A program made the position numbers and the translations under genes. Of a stretch of 64,000 bases of DNA, positions 42,108 through 54,919 are shown one piece after another (the stretch's first letter is position 1; every line of letters starts with the position of its first letter). Source of the DNA: an uncultured Gammaproteobacteria bacterium (GTDB lineage Bacteria > Pseudomonadota > Gammaproteobacteria > SURF-13); assembly GCA_947085325.1 (NCBI GenBank), contig CAMTVY010000010.1, positions 121,276-185,275 of the forward strand, written 5' to 3'. The notes below the pieces were generated by a model that saw nothing but the letters and a program-made list of their open reading frames with translations, did no database searches and was not told the origin of the DNA.

Positions 42108-42848
42108 ATGACTCAACTGGCCATTATCGGCGGCAGCGGGCTTACCTCGCTGAAAAATCTGGAGGTCACGCGGCGCGAGGTGGTGTATACCCCCTATGGC
42201 GAGCCTTCCGGCCCGCTGACGCATGGCAGGCTATGCGGCAAGGAAGTGGTGTTTTTGCCGCGTCACGGCTATGGCCACACCATCCCCCCCCACCTGATCA
42301 ATTATCGCGCCAACCTGCGGGCGCTGCAGCAGATTGGCGTGAAGCAGGTGATTGCGATCGCGGCGGTGGGAGGCATCCGCGCCGACCTGTTGCCGGGCAG
42401 TATCGTGATTCCGGATCAGGTCATCGACTATACGTGGGGGCGGGCGCATACGTTTTTCGAGGGCGGCGACATGCCCGTCACGCATATTGATTTTACCCGA
42501 CCCTACAGTGCCGAGTTGCGTGCGCTGTTGATGCGGGGTTGTGCCGGCGCCGGGCTGACGTGCAACGGCCTGGCGACCTACGGTGCGACACAGGGGCCGC
42601 GGCTGGAGACCGCGGCCGAGATCAATCGCCTGGAGCGCGACGGTTGCGACATTGTGGGCATGACCGGCATGCCGGAGGCGGGGTTGGCGGCCGAACTCGG
42701 GCTGGCCTACGCATCCTGCGCGGTGGTGGCAAACATGGCCGCAGGCCGGGGTGAGGCATCCATTTCCATGGCGGAGATTGAGCATACGCTCAAGCAGGCC
42801 ATGGAAAAGGTGCGCACCCTGCTCGCACATGTTATCCCGCTGACCTGA
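42108..42848 (+). CDS. mtnP: S-methyl-5'-thioadenosine phosphorylase / purine nucleoside phosphorylase family
   Basis: MTQLAIIGGSGL...VVFLPRHGYGHTIPPH...DIVGMTGMPEA, PNP/MTAP family. Confidence 0.85.
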   Translation: MTQLAIIGGSGLTSLKNLEVTRREVVYTPYGEPSGPLTHGRLCGKEVVFLPRHGYGHTIPPHLINYRANLRALQQIGVKQVIAIAAVGGIRADLLPGSIVIPDQVIDYTWGRAHTFFEGGDMPVTHIDFTRPYSAELRALLMRGCAGAGLTCNGLATYGATQGPRLETAAEINRLERDGCDIVGMTGMPEAGLAAELGLAYASCAVVANMAAGRGEASISMAEIEHTLKQAMEKVRTLLAHVIPLT

Positions 42849-42849
42849 C

Positions 42850-43377
42850 ATGGCCGTCAGGGAAGTGCTGCGCATGGGTAACCCGCTGCTGTTGCAGGTG
42901 GCGCAGCCGGTGGCCGAATTTAATACCCCCGAGCTCGATGACCTTATCGCCGACATGTTCGACACCATGGCGGCGCGCAACGGCGCCGGGCTCGCCGCAC
43001 CCCAGATCGGTGTCAGCCGGCGCGTGGTGATTTTCGGTGTAGAGCACAACCTGCGTTATCCGGAGGCCGAATCGGTGCCGACTACGGTGCTCATTAATCC
43101 GCTGGTTGAGGTGACGGGTGACGAAGACGACGAGTTGTGGGAAGGCTGCCTGAGCGTGCCGGGTATGCGCGGCCTGGTGCGGCGCCCGACCCAGGTGCGT
43201 TATTCGGGCTTCGACCAGCGCGGCAACCGTATTGAGCGTGAGGCGCGGGATTTTCACGCCCGCGTGGTGCAGCATGAGTGCGACCACCTCGACGGCATTT
43301 TGTATCCGCTCCGCATCGCTGATCTGCGCCTGTTCGGTTTTGAGGATGAGTTGCTGCGGGCCGCAGACCGGATCTGA
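42850..43377 (+). CDS. def: peptide deformylase
   Basis: GAGLAAPQIG, EGCLSVPG and QHECDHLDG motifs. Confidence 0.92.
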   Translation: MAVREVLRMGNPLLLQVAQPVAEFNTPELDDLIADMFDTMAARNGAGLAAPQIGVSRRVVIFGVEHNLRYPEAESVPTTVLINPLVEVTGDEDDELWEGCLSVPGMRGLVRRPTQVRYSGFDQRGNRIEREARDFHARVVQHECDHLDGILYPLRIADLRLFGFEDELLRAADRI

Positions 43378-44153
43378 TGCGCGTCGCGCTCGGGGTTGAG
43401 TACGACGGCACACGCTTTTATGGCTGGCAGGTACAGCCCGGCACGCGTACGGTGCAGGAGTGCATCGAGCAGGCCTTGTCGAAGGTTGCCGATCATCCGC
43501 TGCGCGTTATTACCGCAGGCCGTACCGATACCGGTGTGCATGCCCTGGGGCAGGTGATTCACTTTGATACCGATGCCGTGCGTGAAGATCACTCATGGGT
43601 CTTCGGCGCCAATGCCCATCTCCCCGATGACTGTGGCGTGGTGTGGGCGCGGCGCGTGGATGACGACTTCAGCGCCCGCTTTTCCGCCACGGCGCGCCAT
43701 TACCGCTATGTGATATTCAACCGCAGCGTGCGCCCGGGTGCATTTGGCACCAAGGTGAGCTGGTGTTACCGTCCGCTGACGGTGGAGCGGATGCAGGCTG
43801 CGGCGCAGTATCTCGTGGGCGAACACGATTTTTCCTCTTATCGCGCGCTGTCGTGTCAGGCGAAACATGCCGTGCGCACGGTGCAGCGGCTGGATGTCGT
43901 ACGCCAGGGCGATCTGGTGGTGATCGACATCGTCGCCAATGCCTTTTTGCAGCACATGGTGCGGAATATCGCCGGCGTGCTGATGACGGTAGGCGCAGGC
44001 GAGCGTCCGCCCGAGTGGGTGCGGGAGGTGCTGGAGGCGCGCGACCGCACTTTGGGGGGGGTGACCGCCACCCCGCATGGACTGACGCTGATGGCCGTGG
44101 ACTACCCGGCCCGCTTTGACCTGCCTCGGCCCACCTTAGCGCTGTGTTTTTAG
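43377..44153 (+). CDS. truA: tRNA pseudouridine(38-40) synthase TruA
   Basis: MRVALGVEYDGTRFYGWQ...AGRTDTGVHALGQVIHFD. Start overlaps the def stop by 1 nt. Confidence 0.93.
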   Translation: MRVALGVEYDGTRFYGWQVQPGTRTVQECIEQALSKVADHPLRVITAGRTDTGVHALGQVIHFDTDAVREDHSWVFGANAHLPDDCGVVWARRVDDDFSARFSATARHYRYVIFNRSVRPGAFGTKVSWCYRPLTVERMQAAAQYLVGEHDFSSYRALSCQAKHAVRTVQRLDVVRQGDLVVIDIVANAFLQHMVRNIAGVLMTVGAGERPPEWVREVLEARDRTLGGVTATPHGLTLMAVDYPARFDLPRPTLALCF

Positions 44154-44245
44154 CTACAATACGGCTTTATTCCGGAATCGCTCCGGGCCCCAGTCTGGCC
44201 TTTTCCCCTGCTACCCGGGCAATGTGACACTTTTATCGGTTTTAT

Positions 44246-44855
44246 ATGCGTACACGGGTTAAAATCTGCGGCATTACCCGCCCTGAGGATGCACAGGCAG
44301 CAGCGGTGCTGGGAGCGGACGCCATCGGCCTGGTGTTTTACGCGCCCAGCCCGCGCGCGGTGACGATAGTGCAGGCGCAGACGATAGTGAGCGCACTGCC
44401 GCCGTTTGTCACCGTCGTGGGCCTGTTTGTGGATGCCGCGCCGGCTGAGATCGCGGCCGTGCTGCAATCGGTGCGCATAGACGCGCTGCAATTTCACGGG
44501 CACGAGACGGCGGCGCAGTGTGAGCGCTATGGGCGGCCTTACATCAAGGCGTTGCGTATGCGCGAGGACATGGATGTGGCGGCCGGTGTGCGTGATCATG
44601 CCGGGGCGAGCGGCGTGCTGCTGGACACCCATCACGACCGGCTCACGGGCGGTACCGGCGAGGCCTTTGACTGGACGCGCGTGCCGGCGCAGCTGGCGCT
44701 GCCGGTGATACTCGCGGGCGGTCTCACGCCGCAGAATGTGGCGGCGGCGGTGCGGCAAGTGCGGCCCTACGCCGTGGATGTGAGCGGCGGTGTGGAGTCG
44801 GCAAAAGGCATCAAGGATCAGCAGAAAATGGCGGCATTCATACAAGAGGTGAACA

Positions 44856-44869
<14 letters not shown>
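44246..44869 (+). CDS. trpF: N-(5'-phosphoribosyl)anthranilate isomerase
   Basis: [32 protein letters not shown]..., PRAI fold. Confidence 0.9.
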
Positions 44870-46069
<1,200 letters not shown>

Positions 46070-46073
<4 letters not shown>

Positions 46074-46939
46074 ACCGCGCCCAGCCAGAGCAAAAAATAC
46101 AGCTGCAGGAAGCCGGCGTGAGTCGCATCACACAGTGTTTCGACCAGTTGCGCGCACAGAAACGCAAGGCGCTGATTCCTTTTATTACTGCCGGCGATCC
46201 GAATCCGGAGCTGACGGTGTCGCTGATGCATGCCATGGCGGGCGCCGGGGCGGACATCATCGAGCTCGGCGTGCCTTTCTCCGATCCGATGGCCGATGGC
46301 CCGGTGATACAGCGCGCCTCCGAGCGCGCACTCAAACACCATGTGAGCCTGCGCCGGGTGCTGGAGATGGTGCGCGTGTTCCGCGCCAGCGACAACACCA
46401 CACCGGTGGTGCTCATGGGTTACCTCAATCCGGTGGAGGTGATGGGTTATGAGCAGTTTGCCGCCGCCGCTGCTGTTGCGGGCGTCGATGGCGTGCTTAC
46501 GGTGGACATGCCGCCCGAGGAGGCCGATGACCTGCTTGCGGCCCTGCAGGCGCATGCGATTGCGCCGATCTTTCTGCTCGCACCCACCAGCACCCGCGAG
46601 CGCATCGCCAAGATCAGCGCAGTGGCGCAGGGGTATATTTACTACGTCTCGCTCAAAGGCGTGACCGGCGCCGCAACGCTGGATATAGGCGCGGTTGGGG
46701 GCAAGCTGGGCGAGATTCGCACCCTGACCGATCTGCCGCTGGGTGTGGGCTTCGGCATCAAGGATGCCGCTACGGCCGCCGCTGTGGGCCGCCTCGCCGA
46801 TGCCGTGATTGTGGGCAGTGCGCTGGTGCAAAAGGTCGAGCAGTTACAACACGCGCCGGAAAAGATTGCACCCGAAATCTGCACGCTGCTTGCCGGAATG
46901 CGTCAGGCGCTGGACGAAACTGCCGGTAACGCGCCATGA
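46070..46939 (+). CDS. trpA: tryptophan synthase alpha chain
   Basis: [11 protein letters not shown]...[25 protein letters not shown] overlap with trpB. Confidence 0.93.
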
Positions 46940-47805
46940 ACTGGTTCGAGAAACTGCTGCCGTCCAGAATCAGGACCGAGGGCAATGGCCCGAAAAAAAC
47001 GGTGCCGGAAGGATTGTGGACCAAGTGCGAGCTATGCAGCGCCGTATTGTTTCGTGCCGAGCTCGACCGTAATCTCCACGTCTGCCCGAAATGCAATCAC
47101 CACATGCGTATTGGTGCGCGCAAACGGCTGGATCATTTTCTGGACGCCGAGCCGCGCGAAGAGCTTGCCGCGCAACTGGCGCCGGTGGACGTACTCAAGT
47201 TTCGTGACAGCAAACGCTACAAGGATCGCCTGTCGCAGGCGCAAAAGGACACGGGCGAACAGGATGCCCTGATAGTCGTGGCAGGCCGGCTCAAGAACCA
47301 GCCGATAGTCGCCTGCGCATTCGAGTTTCGCTTCATGGGCGGTTCGATGGGCTCGGTGGTGGGCGAGCGCTTTGTGCGCGCGGTGAATCATTGTCTGGAG
47401 CAGGGCGTGCCGCTGGTCTGTTTCTCTGCCAGCGGCGGCGCGCGCATGCAGGAAGGCCTGTTCTCGCTGATGCAGATGGCCAAGACCAGTGCCGCCCTTG
47501 CGCGTCTGCGCGAGCGCGGCATTCCGTTTATCTCCGTGCTCACCGACCCTACCATGGGTGGCGTGTCGGCCAGCCTGGCCATGCTGGGCGATGTGAACGT
47601 GGCGGAACCCAAGGCGCTGATCGGTTTCGCCGGGCCGCGCGTCATTGAGCAGACCGTGCGCGAAGTGCTGCCGGAGGGTTTTCAGCGTGCCGAGTTCCTG
47701 CTCGATCACGGCGCCATCGACATGATCATCAGCCGCCATGAAATGCGCGACCGGGTGGCACGCCTGCTGGCGGTGTTGATGCATAGACCGGTGGTGAGTA
47801 ACTAG
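46936..47805 (+). CDS. accD: acetyl-CoA carboxylase carboxyltransferase subunit beta
   Basis: Zn ribbon CELCSAVLF...CPKCNHH plus the CoA carboxyltransferase domain. Confidence 0.95.
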   Translation: MNWFEKLLPSRIRTEGNGPKKTVPEGLWTKCELCSAVLFRAELDRNLHVCPKCNHHMRIGARKRLDHFLDAEPREELAAQLAPVDVLKFRDSKRYKDRLSQAQKDTGEQDALIVVAGRLKNQPIVACAFEFRFMGGSMGSVVGERFVRAVNHCLEQGVPLVCFSASGGARMQEGLFSLMQMAKTSAALARLRERGIPFISVLTDPTMGGVSASLAMLGDVNVAEPKALIGFAGPRVIEQTVREVLPEGFQRAEFLLDHGAIDMIISRHEMRDRVARLLAVLMHRPVVSN

Positions 47806-47869
47806 GGCAGGGTGCGGCCCGCAATGATGGTTTTAGACGGCCAGGTGCTGCCGCGAGTTGTTCCATTAA

Positions 47870-49144
47870 ATGCGTTTTAACTCGCTCGCCGACTGGCTGT
47901 CCTGGCAGGAAACCCAGCATCCCAAACTGATCGACCTGGGCCTGGAGCGGGTCAGCGCCGTGCTCTGGCGCATGGGCCTTGCGCAGCCGTCGCATGCCGT
48001 CATCACGGTGGCGGGCACCAACGGCAAAGGGTCGTGCGTCGCCTTGCTGGAATCGATATACCGCGCTGCCGGTTACCGCACAGGCAGTTACAGCTCCCCG
48101 CATCTGCTGCGCTACAACGAGCGCATCCGGGTGCTGGGCGCGGAGGTGGATGATGCGCGTTTATGCGCGGCCTTTGAACGCATAGACGCTGCACGGGCCG
48201 GAATCTCCCTCAGCTATTTCGAGTTCGGCACGCTGGCGGCGATAGACATCCTGCAGCGCGCACAACTCGATGTGGCCATACTGGAGGTCGGGCTGGGCGG
48301 GCGGCTCGATGCAGTGAACATACTGGAGCCCGATGTCGCCGTGGTGACGAGCATCGGCATCGATCATGTGGAATGGCTGGGCCCGGATCGGGAAAGCATC
48401 GGGCGCGAAAAGGCCGGCATCTTCCGCGCCGGGCGGCCCGCGATCTGCGGCGATCCGGATCCGCCGCACAGCCTGCATGCCCGGGCCGAGGAGTTGTCCG
48501 CGCCTTTTTACCGTATCCGGCATGATTTCGGCTGGGCTGTGAGCGGCGACGGCTGGACCTGGTGGGGCAGGCCAGCGGGCACAAGTGCGCGCTATGAACA
48601 CCTGCCTTTCCCTGCCCTGCGCGGCGCATTTCAGTTGCAAAATGCGGCTACCGCAGTGATGGCGTTGCAGTTGCTCATGGCGCGGTTGCCGGTGAGCGCA
48701 GAGGCCATACAGCAGGGGTTGACGGAAGTCAGTCTGCCGGGCCGATTTCAGATGCTGTCCGGGCCGGTGACGCGAATTTTCGATGTGGCCCATAATCCGC
48801 ATGGCGCAGAGGTGCTGGCGCGCAGCCTGCTGGAGTACCCCTGTACGGGGCGCACGCTGGCAGTGTTTTCCATGCTGGCCGACAAGGATATCGCCGGTGT
48901 GGTGGGCGCCATGCGCGGGAGCGTGCATCACTGGCAGGTGGCGGCGCTGCCGGCGGCGCGCGCGGCCACTACGGCGCAGATCATGCAGGCCGTGCGCGAG
49001 AATGCCCCTGCGGCCGGCGTCGATCACAGCGCCAGCGTCGGCGACGCCTGGCGTGCCGCCTGGAGTCAGGCCCGGCAGGGCGACCGCGTGGTGGCGTTTG
49101 GTTCGTTTTATACCGTGGCTGAGGCCATGCAAGCAGCGCTATAA
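47870..49144 (+). CDS. folC: bifunctional folylpolyglutamate synthase / dihydrofolate synthase
   Basis: AGTNGKGS P-loop. Aligns with E. coli FolC over its full length. Confidence 0.93.
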   Translation: MRFNSLADWLSWQETQHPKLIDLGLERVSAVLWRMGLAQPSHAVITVAGTNGKGSCVALLESIYRAAGYRTGSYSSPHLLRYNERIRVLGAEVDDARLCAAFERIDAARAGISLSYFEFGTLAAIDILQRAQLDVAILEVGLGGRLDAVNILEPDVAVVTSIGIDHVEWLGPDRESIGREKAGIFRAGRPAICGDPDPPHSLHARAEELSAPFYRIRHDFGWAVSGDGWTWWGRPAGTSARYEHLPFPALRGAFQLQNAATAVMALQLLMARLPVSAEAIQQGLTEVSLPGRFQMLSGPVTRIFDVAHNPHGAEVLARSLLEYPCTGRTLAVFSMLADKDIAGVVGAMRGSVHHWQVAALPAARAATTAQIMQAVRENAPAAGVDHSASVGDAWRAAWSQARQGDRVVAFGSFYTVAEAMQAAL

Positions 49145-49151
49145 TGGGCGC

Positions 49152-49742
49152 ATGTCGCAACAAGGCCGATACATGGAAGACGGCGGGCTGAAGCAGCGTC
49201 TGGTGGGCGCTGTTGTACTGGTCATCCTGGGGGTGATTGTCATTCCCATGCTGCTGGGCAGGGAAGGCCACAGCCCGCTGACCAAGAGCAATATCCCTCC
49301 ACCGCCTGCGTCCGAATTCAGCTCCAAGATCATCCCGCTGGAGGATATCCCGCCTGCCGGCAGTCTCAACCCGGTGCCGGCCGAGCTGGCGCCTATCGCT
49401 GAACCTGCACCCCCTGCGCCGGTGCCGCCAGCGATTCAGAAAGCGCCGGCGCAAGCGTTGCCGATGCCGGGCAGTGTTGACCGCAAACCCGCCGCCGATA
49501 CAGCAGGGTGGGTGGTGCGTCTGGGCAGCTTTGCCAATGAGCAGAATGCACATGCCCTGCGCGACCAACTGCGGCGCAAGGGATACAAGCCGCTGGTGGA
49601 GAAGATCACGACTAACGGCGCCACATTGCTGCGCGTGAGTGTGGGGCCGGAGACTGATCGCACGCGCGCTGAAGCGGTGCGCGACCGGCTGCTGAAGGAG
49701 CTCAAGATCAAGGGTAGCGTGGTGCAGTATCCCCGACCGTAG
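49152..49742 (+). CDS. dedD: SPOR domain-containing cell division protein (DedD-like)
   Basis: One TM helix (RLVGAVVLVILGVIVIP), a Pro/Ala-rich linker and a C-terminal SPOR domain (GWVVRLGSFANEQNAHALRDQLRRKGY). The start may be ATG 49173. Confidence 0.75.
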   Translation: MSQQGRYMEDGGLKQRLVGAVVLVILGVIVIPMLLGREGHSPLTKSNIPPPPASEFSSKIIPLEDIPPAGSLNPVPAELAPIAEPAPPAPVPPAIQKAPAQALPMPGSVDRKPAADTAGWVVRLGSFANEQNAHALRDQLRRKGYKPLVEKITTNGATLLRVSVGPETDRTRAEAVRDRLLKELKIKGSVVQYPRP

Positions 49743-49814
49743 ATGCTTAGGCGGCTAAACGGGTCTGTGTTAAAATGCCGTCTGTATAGTGCGCAGGCAT
49801 AGGTCAGTGACGGC

Positions 49815-50318
49815 ATGATCTGGGTTGACTATACCATCATCGGGATTATCGCCCTTTCAACGCTGATCGGTCTGGTTCGCGGGCTGGTACGAGAGGCCTT
49901 GTCGCTGGTCGCTTGGGTTGTGGCCTTCTGGGTCGCAATAAGCTTTTCACCGCGCGGCGCCGAATTGTTTGCCGCCTATATTCCGGCGCCCTCCATGCAA
50001 CTGGCGGCGGCGTTTGTCAGTCTGTTTGTCATCACGCTGATCTGTGCGGCCATCGTGAACTACCTGATTATGCGGCTGGTGGACAAGACCGGTCTCAAGG
50101 GCACCGACCACATGCTGGGCGTGATATTCGGTGTAGCGCGCGGTGTGGTTGTGGTGGCAATACTGGTATTGCTGGCCGGAGCCACGCCGCTACCCCAAGA
50201 CCAGTGGTGGCAGGACTCGCTGCTCATCGACCAGTTCCAGACCCTGGCTGTATGGTTGCGCGGAATGCTGCCGCCGGAGTTTGCGCAGAAATTCGAGTAC
50301 GTCGACAGCCCTTTGTGA
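49815..50318 (+). CDS. cvpA: colicin V production protein CvpA
   Basis: [23 protein letters not shown]..., 4 TM, with the cvpA-purF linkage. Confidence 0.9.
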   Translation: MIWVDYTIIGIIALSTLIGLVRGLVREALSLVAWVVAFWVAISFSPRGAELFAAYIPAPSMQLAAAFVSLFVITLICAAIVNYLIMRLVDKTGLKGTDHMLGVIFGVARGVVVVAILVLLAGATPLPQDQWWQDSLLIDQFQTLAVWLRGMLPPEFAQKFEYVDSPL

Positions 50319-50328
50319 GGTAGCGTGC

Positions 50329-51840
<1,512 letters not shown>

Positions 51841-51842
51841 GC

Positions 51843-53042
51843 ATGATGCACGACAGAAAAAAAGGCGGCCATAAAGGCCAGCGGTTCGACACGCGCGCCG
51901 TGCGCGCAGGCCAGATTCGCACCACGGAAGACGAGCAGTCCGAGCCGATCTTCCCTACCGTGAGCTTTGTGGCGCAGAGCGCCGCGCAGGCCGCCGCGCG
52001 CTTTTCAGGCGCCGAGCCGGGCAACATCTACTCGCGTTTCACCAACCCCACGGTACGCACCTTCGAGCAGCGCCTCGCCAGCCTCGAAGGCGGCGAGCGC
52101 TGTGTGGCGACCGGCTCCGGCATGTCCGCCATCCTCACCACCTGCATGGGGCTGCTGAAGAGCGGCGACCACATCGTCGCCTCGCGCAGCATCTTCGGCC
52201 CCACGGTGATCCTGTTCAATACCATCCTCGCGCGCTTCGGCATCGAGACCAGCTTTGTGCCGCTCACCGATCTCGCTGCGTGGCAGCAGGCACTGCGCCC
52301 CAACACGCGCCTGCTGTTCCTGGAGACGCCGTCCAATCCGCTCACCGAAGTGGCCGACATCGCCGCGCTGGCGAAAATCGCGCACAAAAACGGAAGTTTA
52401 CTGGTGGTGGACAACTGCTTCTGCACTCCGGCGTTGCAGCTACCGCTCGCGCTCGGCGCGGACATCGTCGTGCACTCCGCGAGCAAATACATCGACGGCC
52501 AGGGCCGCGCGGTGGGCGGCGCGATCGTCGGCAGCGACAAACTGGTGGGCGGCGACATCTACGCCTTCCTGCGTACCGCCGGGCCGAGCATGAGCCCGTT
52601 CAATGCCTGGATTTATCTCAAGGGGCTGGAAACCCTGCGCCTGCGTATGGACGCACACAGCCGCAGTGCGCTGCAGCTTGCCGAATGGCTGGAACAGCAA
52701 CCCGCAGTCAAGCGCGTGCATTACCCGGCCCTGCCGTCGCACCCGCAGCACGCCCTCGCCATGAAGCAGCAAACCGCGGGCGGCGGCGTGTTGTCGTTTG
52801 AACTCGCGGGCGGGAAAGAGGCCGCGTGGAAACTGATCGACGCCACACAGATCATCTCCATCACCGCCACCTTCGGCGACACCAAGAGCACCATCACCCA
52901 CCCCGCCACCACCACCCACTGGCGCCTGACACCCGAAGCCCGCGCCGCCGCCGGCATCAGCGACGGGCTGGTGCGCATCGGCGTCGGCCTTGAAGACGTT
53001 GAGGATTTGAAGGACGACCTCAAGGTCGGGCTCTCCGCCTGA
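51843..53042 (+). CDS. metZ: O-succinylhomoserine sulfhydrylase
   Basis: PLP-dependent Cys/Met metabolism fold (SASKYIDGQGR). Conserved purF-metZ linkage. Confidence 0.88.
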   Translation: MMHDRKKGGHKGQRFDTRAVRAGQIRTTEDEQSEPIFPTVSFVAQSAAQAAARFSGAEPGNIYSRFTNPTVRTFEQRLASLEGGERCVATGSGMSAILTTCMGLLKSGDHIVASRSIFGPTVILFNTILARFGIETSFVPLTDLAAWQQALRPNTRLLFLETPSNPLTEVADIAALAKIAHKNGSLLVVDNCFCTPALQLPLALGADIVVHSASKYIDGQGRAVGGAIVGSDKLVGGDIYAFLRTAGPSMSPFNAWIYLKGLETLRLRMDAHSRSALQLAEWLEQQPAVKRVHYPALPSHPQHALAMKQQTAGGGVLSFELAGGKEAAWKLIDATQIISITATFGDTKSTITHPATTTHWRLTPEARAAAGISDGLVRIGVGLEDVEDLKDDLKVGLSA

Positions 53043-53105
53043 CACTACCACCCTCAGCGCGAGAGATATTGCGCCTGAGAAGCATGGCAGTGCAGCCTTG
53101 ATATG

Positions 53106-53132
53106 TGTAATGCGATGGATTACAATCGCATT
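53106..53132 (+). promoter_or_regulatory. nested palindromes immediately upstream of higB (candidate HigA operator)
   Basis: TGTAAT-gcgatgg-ATTACA nested with AATGCGAT-ggattaca-ATCGCATT, ending 6 nt before the higB ATG. Confidence 0.4.
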
Positions 53133-53137
53133 CGCCC

Positions 53138-53415
53138 ATGATAAAAACCTTCGCACGCAAAGGGCTTGAGAACTTTTTTAGCCGAGGCTCGAAAAAAGGC
53201 ATCAACCCCCAGCAGGCCGACCGTATCCGGCGCATTCTCGACCGTCTAGAAGGGGTGGTAGCGGCGGCGGATATGAGCTTGCCCGCTATGGTTTCCATGA
53301 ACTGAAGGGCAACCGGAAAGGCACCTACAGTGTGGAGGTGTCGGGCAACTGGCGGATTACATTTCGATTCAAGGGCGGCAACGCCTTTGACGTGAACCTT
53401 GAGGATTACCACTGA
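53138..53415 (+). pseudogene. higB: HigB (plasmid-maintenance killer, PF05015-type RelE/ParE toxin) disrupted by a 1-nt frameshift
   Basis: Frame A gives MIKTFARKGLENFFSRGSKKGINPQQADRIRRILDRLEGVVAAADMSLPAMVSMN*. Frame B continues ...GFHELKGNRKGTYSVEVSGNWRITFRFKGGNAFDVNLEDYH*. Together they match the HigB consensus if one G is restored in cccG-ctatgg (about 53285). Confidence 0.7.
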
Positions 53416-53729
53416 TGGAAACTCTACGCGACCCTAAACGCAAACCCACCCATCCCGGCGAAGTGCTGCGGAAAGACGTGTTACCCGCCTTGGACATCAC
53501 GCAAACGGAATTTGCCAACCGGCTAGGGGTATCGCGTCTCACCGTGTCGGAACTGCTGCACGAAAAGCGCACCCTATCCCCGGATATGGCGGTGCGCCTG
53601 GGCAAGCTGCTGAACACCACCCCGGAAAGCTGGGTAAGAATGCAATACGCTGTGGATTTGTGGGAGCTGACCCACGGCAAAAACGCCAAACGGTACCGAG
53701 GCATCAAGCCGCTGGACATAGCGGCGTAG
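53415..53729 (+). CDS. higA: HigA antitoxin (XRE-family HTH)
   Basis: HPGEVLRKDVLPALDITQTEFANRLGVSRLTVSELLHEKRTLSPDMAVRLGKLLNTTPESW. Start overlaps the higB stop (TGATG). Confidence 0.85.
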   Translation: METLRDPKRKPTHPGEVLRKDVLPALDITQTEFANRLGVSRLTVSELLHEKRTLSPDMAVRLGKLLNTTPESWVRMQYAVDLWELTHGKNAKRYRGIKPLDIAA

Positions 53730-53855
53730 GCTTCGCCAAGGATGGGAGCCATGTAGAGTGGGAAACTTGGTGTCCACATGTTTGAATCGAGCTTGAATCC
53801 GCGTGGGCAAACAAAATCCGTTTGCCCACCCTTGGCTGATTCATGAGATAGCTTC

Positions 53856-54706
53856 ATGGCCGCACCGGCGAACATCGGAACAGAGAGCCAGAAACTGATC
53901 GCGTTGCTCGATGAGGCCACAGACGTACTTACTTCATTCGTTGTTCCGCTTTATGAGGACAACGACGGTCGGCCATCCCTGTTCGGAAGTGGTTTCTTCG
54001 TCAGATCTGGAGTTGATCACTTTCTTGTTTCCGCAGCTCATGTACTTGAAGCGCTGCGGGGAAGACCACTGTTCTATTACATAACGCCAACCACCACGCG
54101 AAAACTCTCTGGACAGCTTCGGCTTAATCGGTGGAATGGTGACCGCAACAGTGACCCGATAGACATCGGGGTTCTGAGGCTGACAGAAAGCTCCCCCCAT
54201 ATCCTGAAGTGAAGAAGTTCGCGATGGACATCTCTTGCCTTCGTCCACGACTTCTTCCGCGAGATGAGAAGATATATGCATTTGTGGGCTTTCCGGCGTC
54301 ACGCGGTAAAGTGAATACACTGGTGAAGGAAGTTACAGCGGCGCCTTACGCTTATCGGAGCCGCTCCGCTCCCGATCAAGAGTACTCCATGTATGGGGTG
54401 TCGCCAGAGACTCATATCGTATTGCCGCTCGACTTAAAGCAGGGCGTCGACTCGAATGGAGGTCATCGAAACTTCCCAAAGCCTCAAGGAATGAGCGGAT
54501 CTCCAATTTGGACATTGCTCGATGAACAGGGTGCCACCGACTCGCAGGTATTTTCGGTCGTCGCCGTGGGTACCAAGTACCGAAAGGCCAAGCGAGTTCT
54601 GCTTGGGACCGATATTGGAGTTGCAGTGAGGATGATTCATGAAGCTGTCTTACGGGGCAATCAACCTGATCTACCAGAAAGTGTAGGGCGGATTAGCGAA
54701 GCGTAA
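53856..54706 (+). pseudogene. cytoplasmic trypsin-like (S1/Trypsin_2) serine protease, split into two ORFs at a C6 homopolymer
   Basis: ORF1 (53856-54212) carries the His (GSGFFV...VSAAHV) and Asp (DIGVLRL) motifs. ORF2 (54209-54706, -1 frame) carries the Ser motif GMSGSPIW. Inserting one C in the C6 run at 54193-54198 fuses them into a ~283-aa protein. No signal peptide. GC about 52%. Confidence 0.6.
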
Positions 54707-54779
54707 TCCGCCGAATGTGTGGGCTGACGCAGAAGTTAAGTTGAGCGGGTTTAACAGATGAATAAATCTTTGAAAAGAT

Positions 54780-54855
54780 TGGAGCTGGCGAGAGGAGTCG
54801 AACCCCCGACCGGCTGATTACAAATCAGCTGCTCTACCAACTGAGCTACGCCAGC
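54780..54855 (-). tRNA. tRNA-Thr (anticodon TGT)
   Basis: The reverse complement folds as GCTGGCG-TA-GCTCAGTTGGTAGAGC-A-GCTGA-TTTGTAA-TCAGC-...-GGTTCGACTCC-...-CGCCAGC-T-CCA. The 3' end abuts the low-GC islet. Confidence 0.88.
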
Positions 54856-54919
54856 GCTGGAAGCCGATCTATGCGGAAACGGCGTGGTCATTGTAGGTAA
54901 TTCGGGCAGCGAAGGCAAT

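Noticed and set aside
53043-53100. Direct repeat of the tRNA-Thr 3' end at the far side of the low-GC islet (att site)
   Set aside because: Only a 7-nt match (GCGAGAG) was found, which is not convincing. The islet boundary is therefore inferred from GC content and gene content only.
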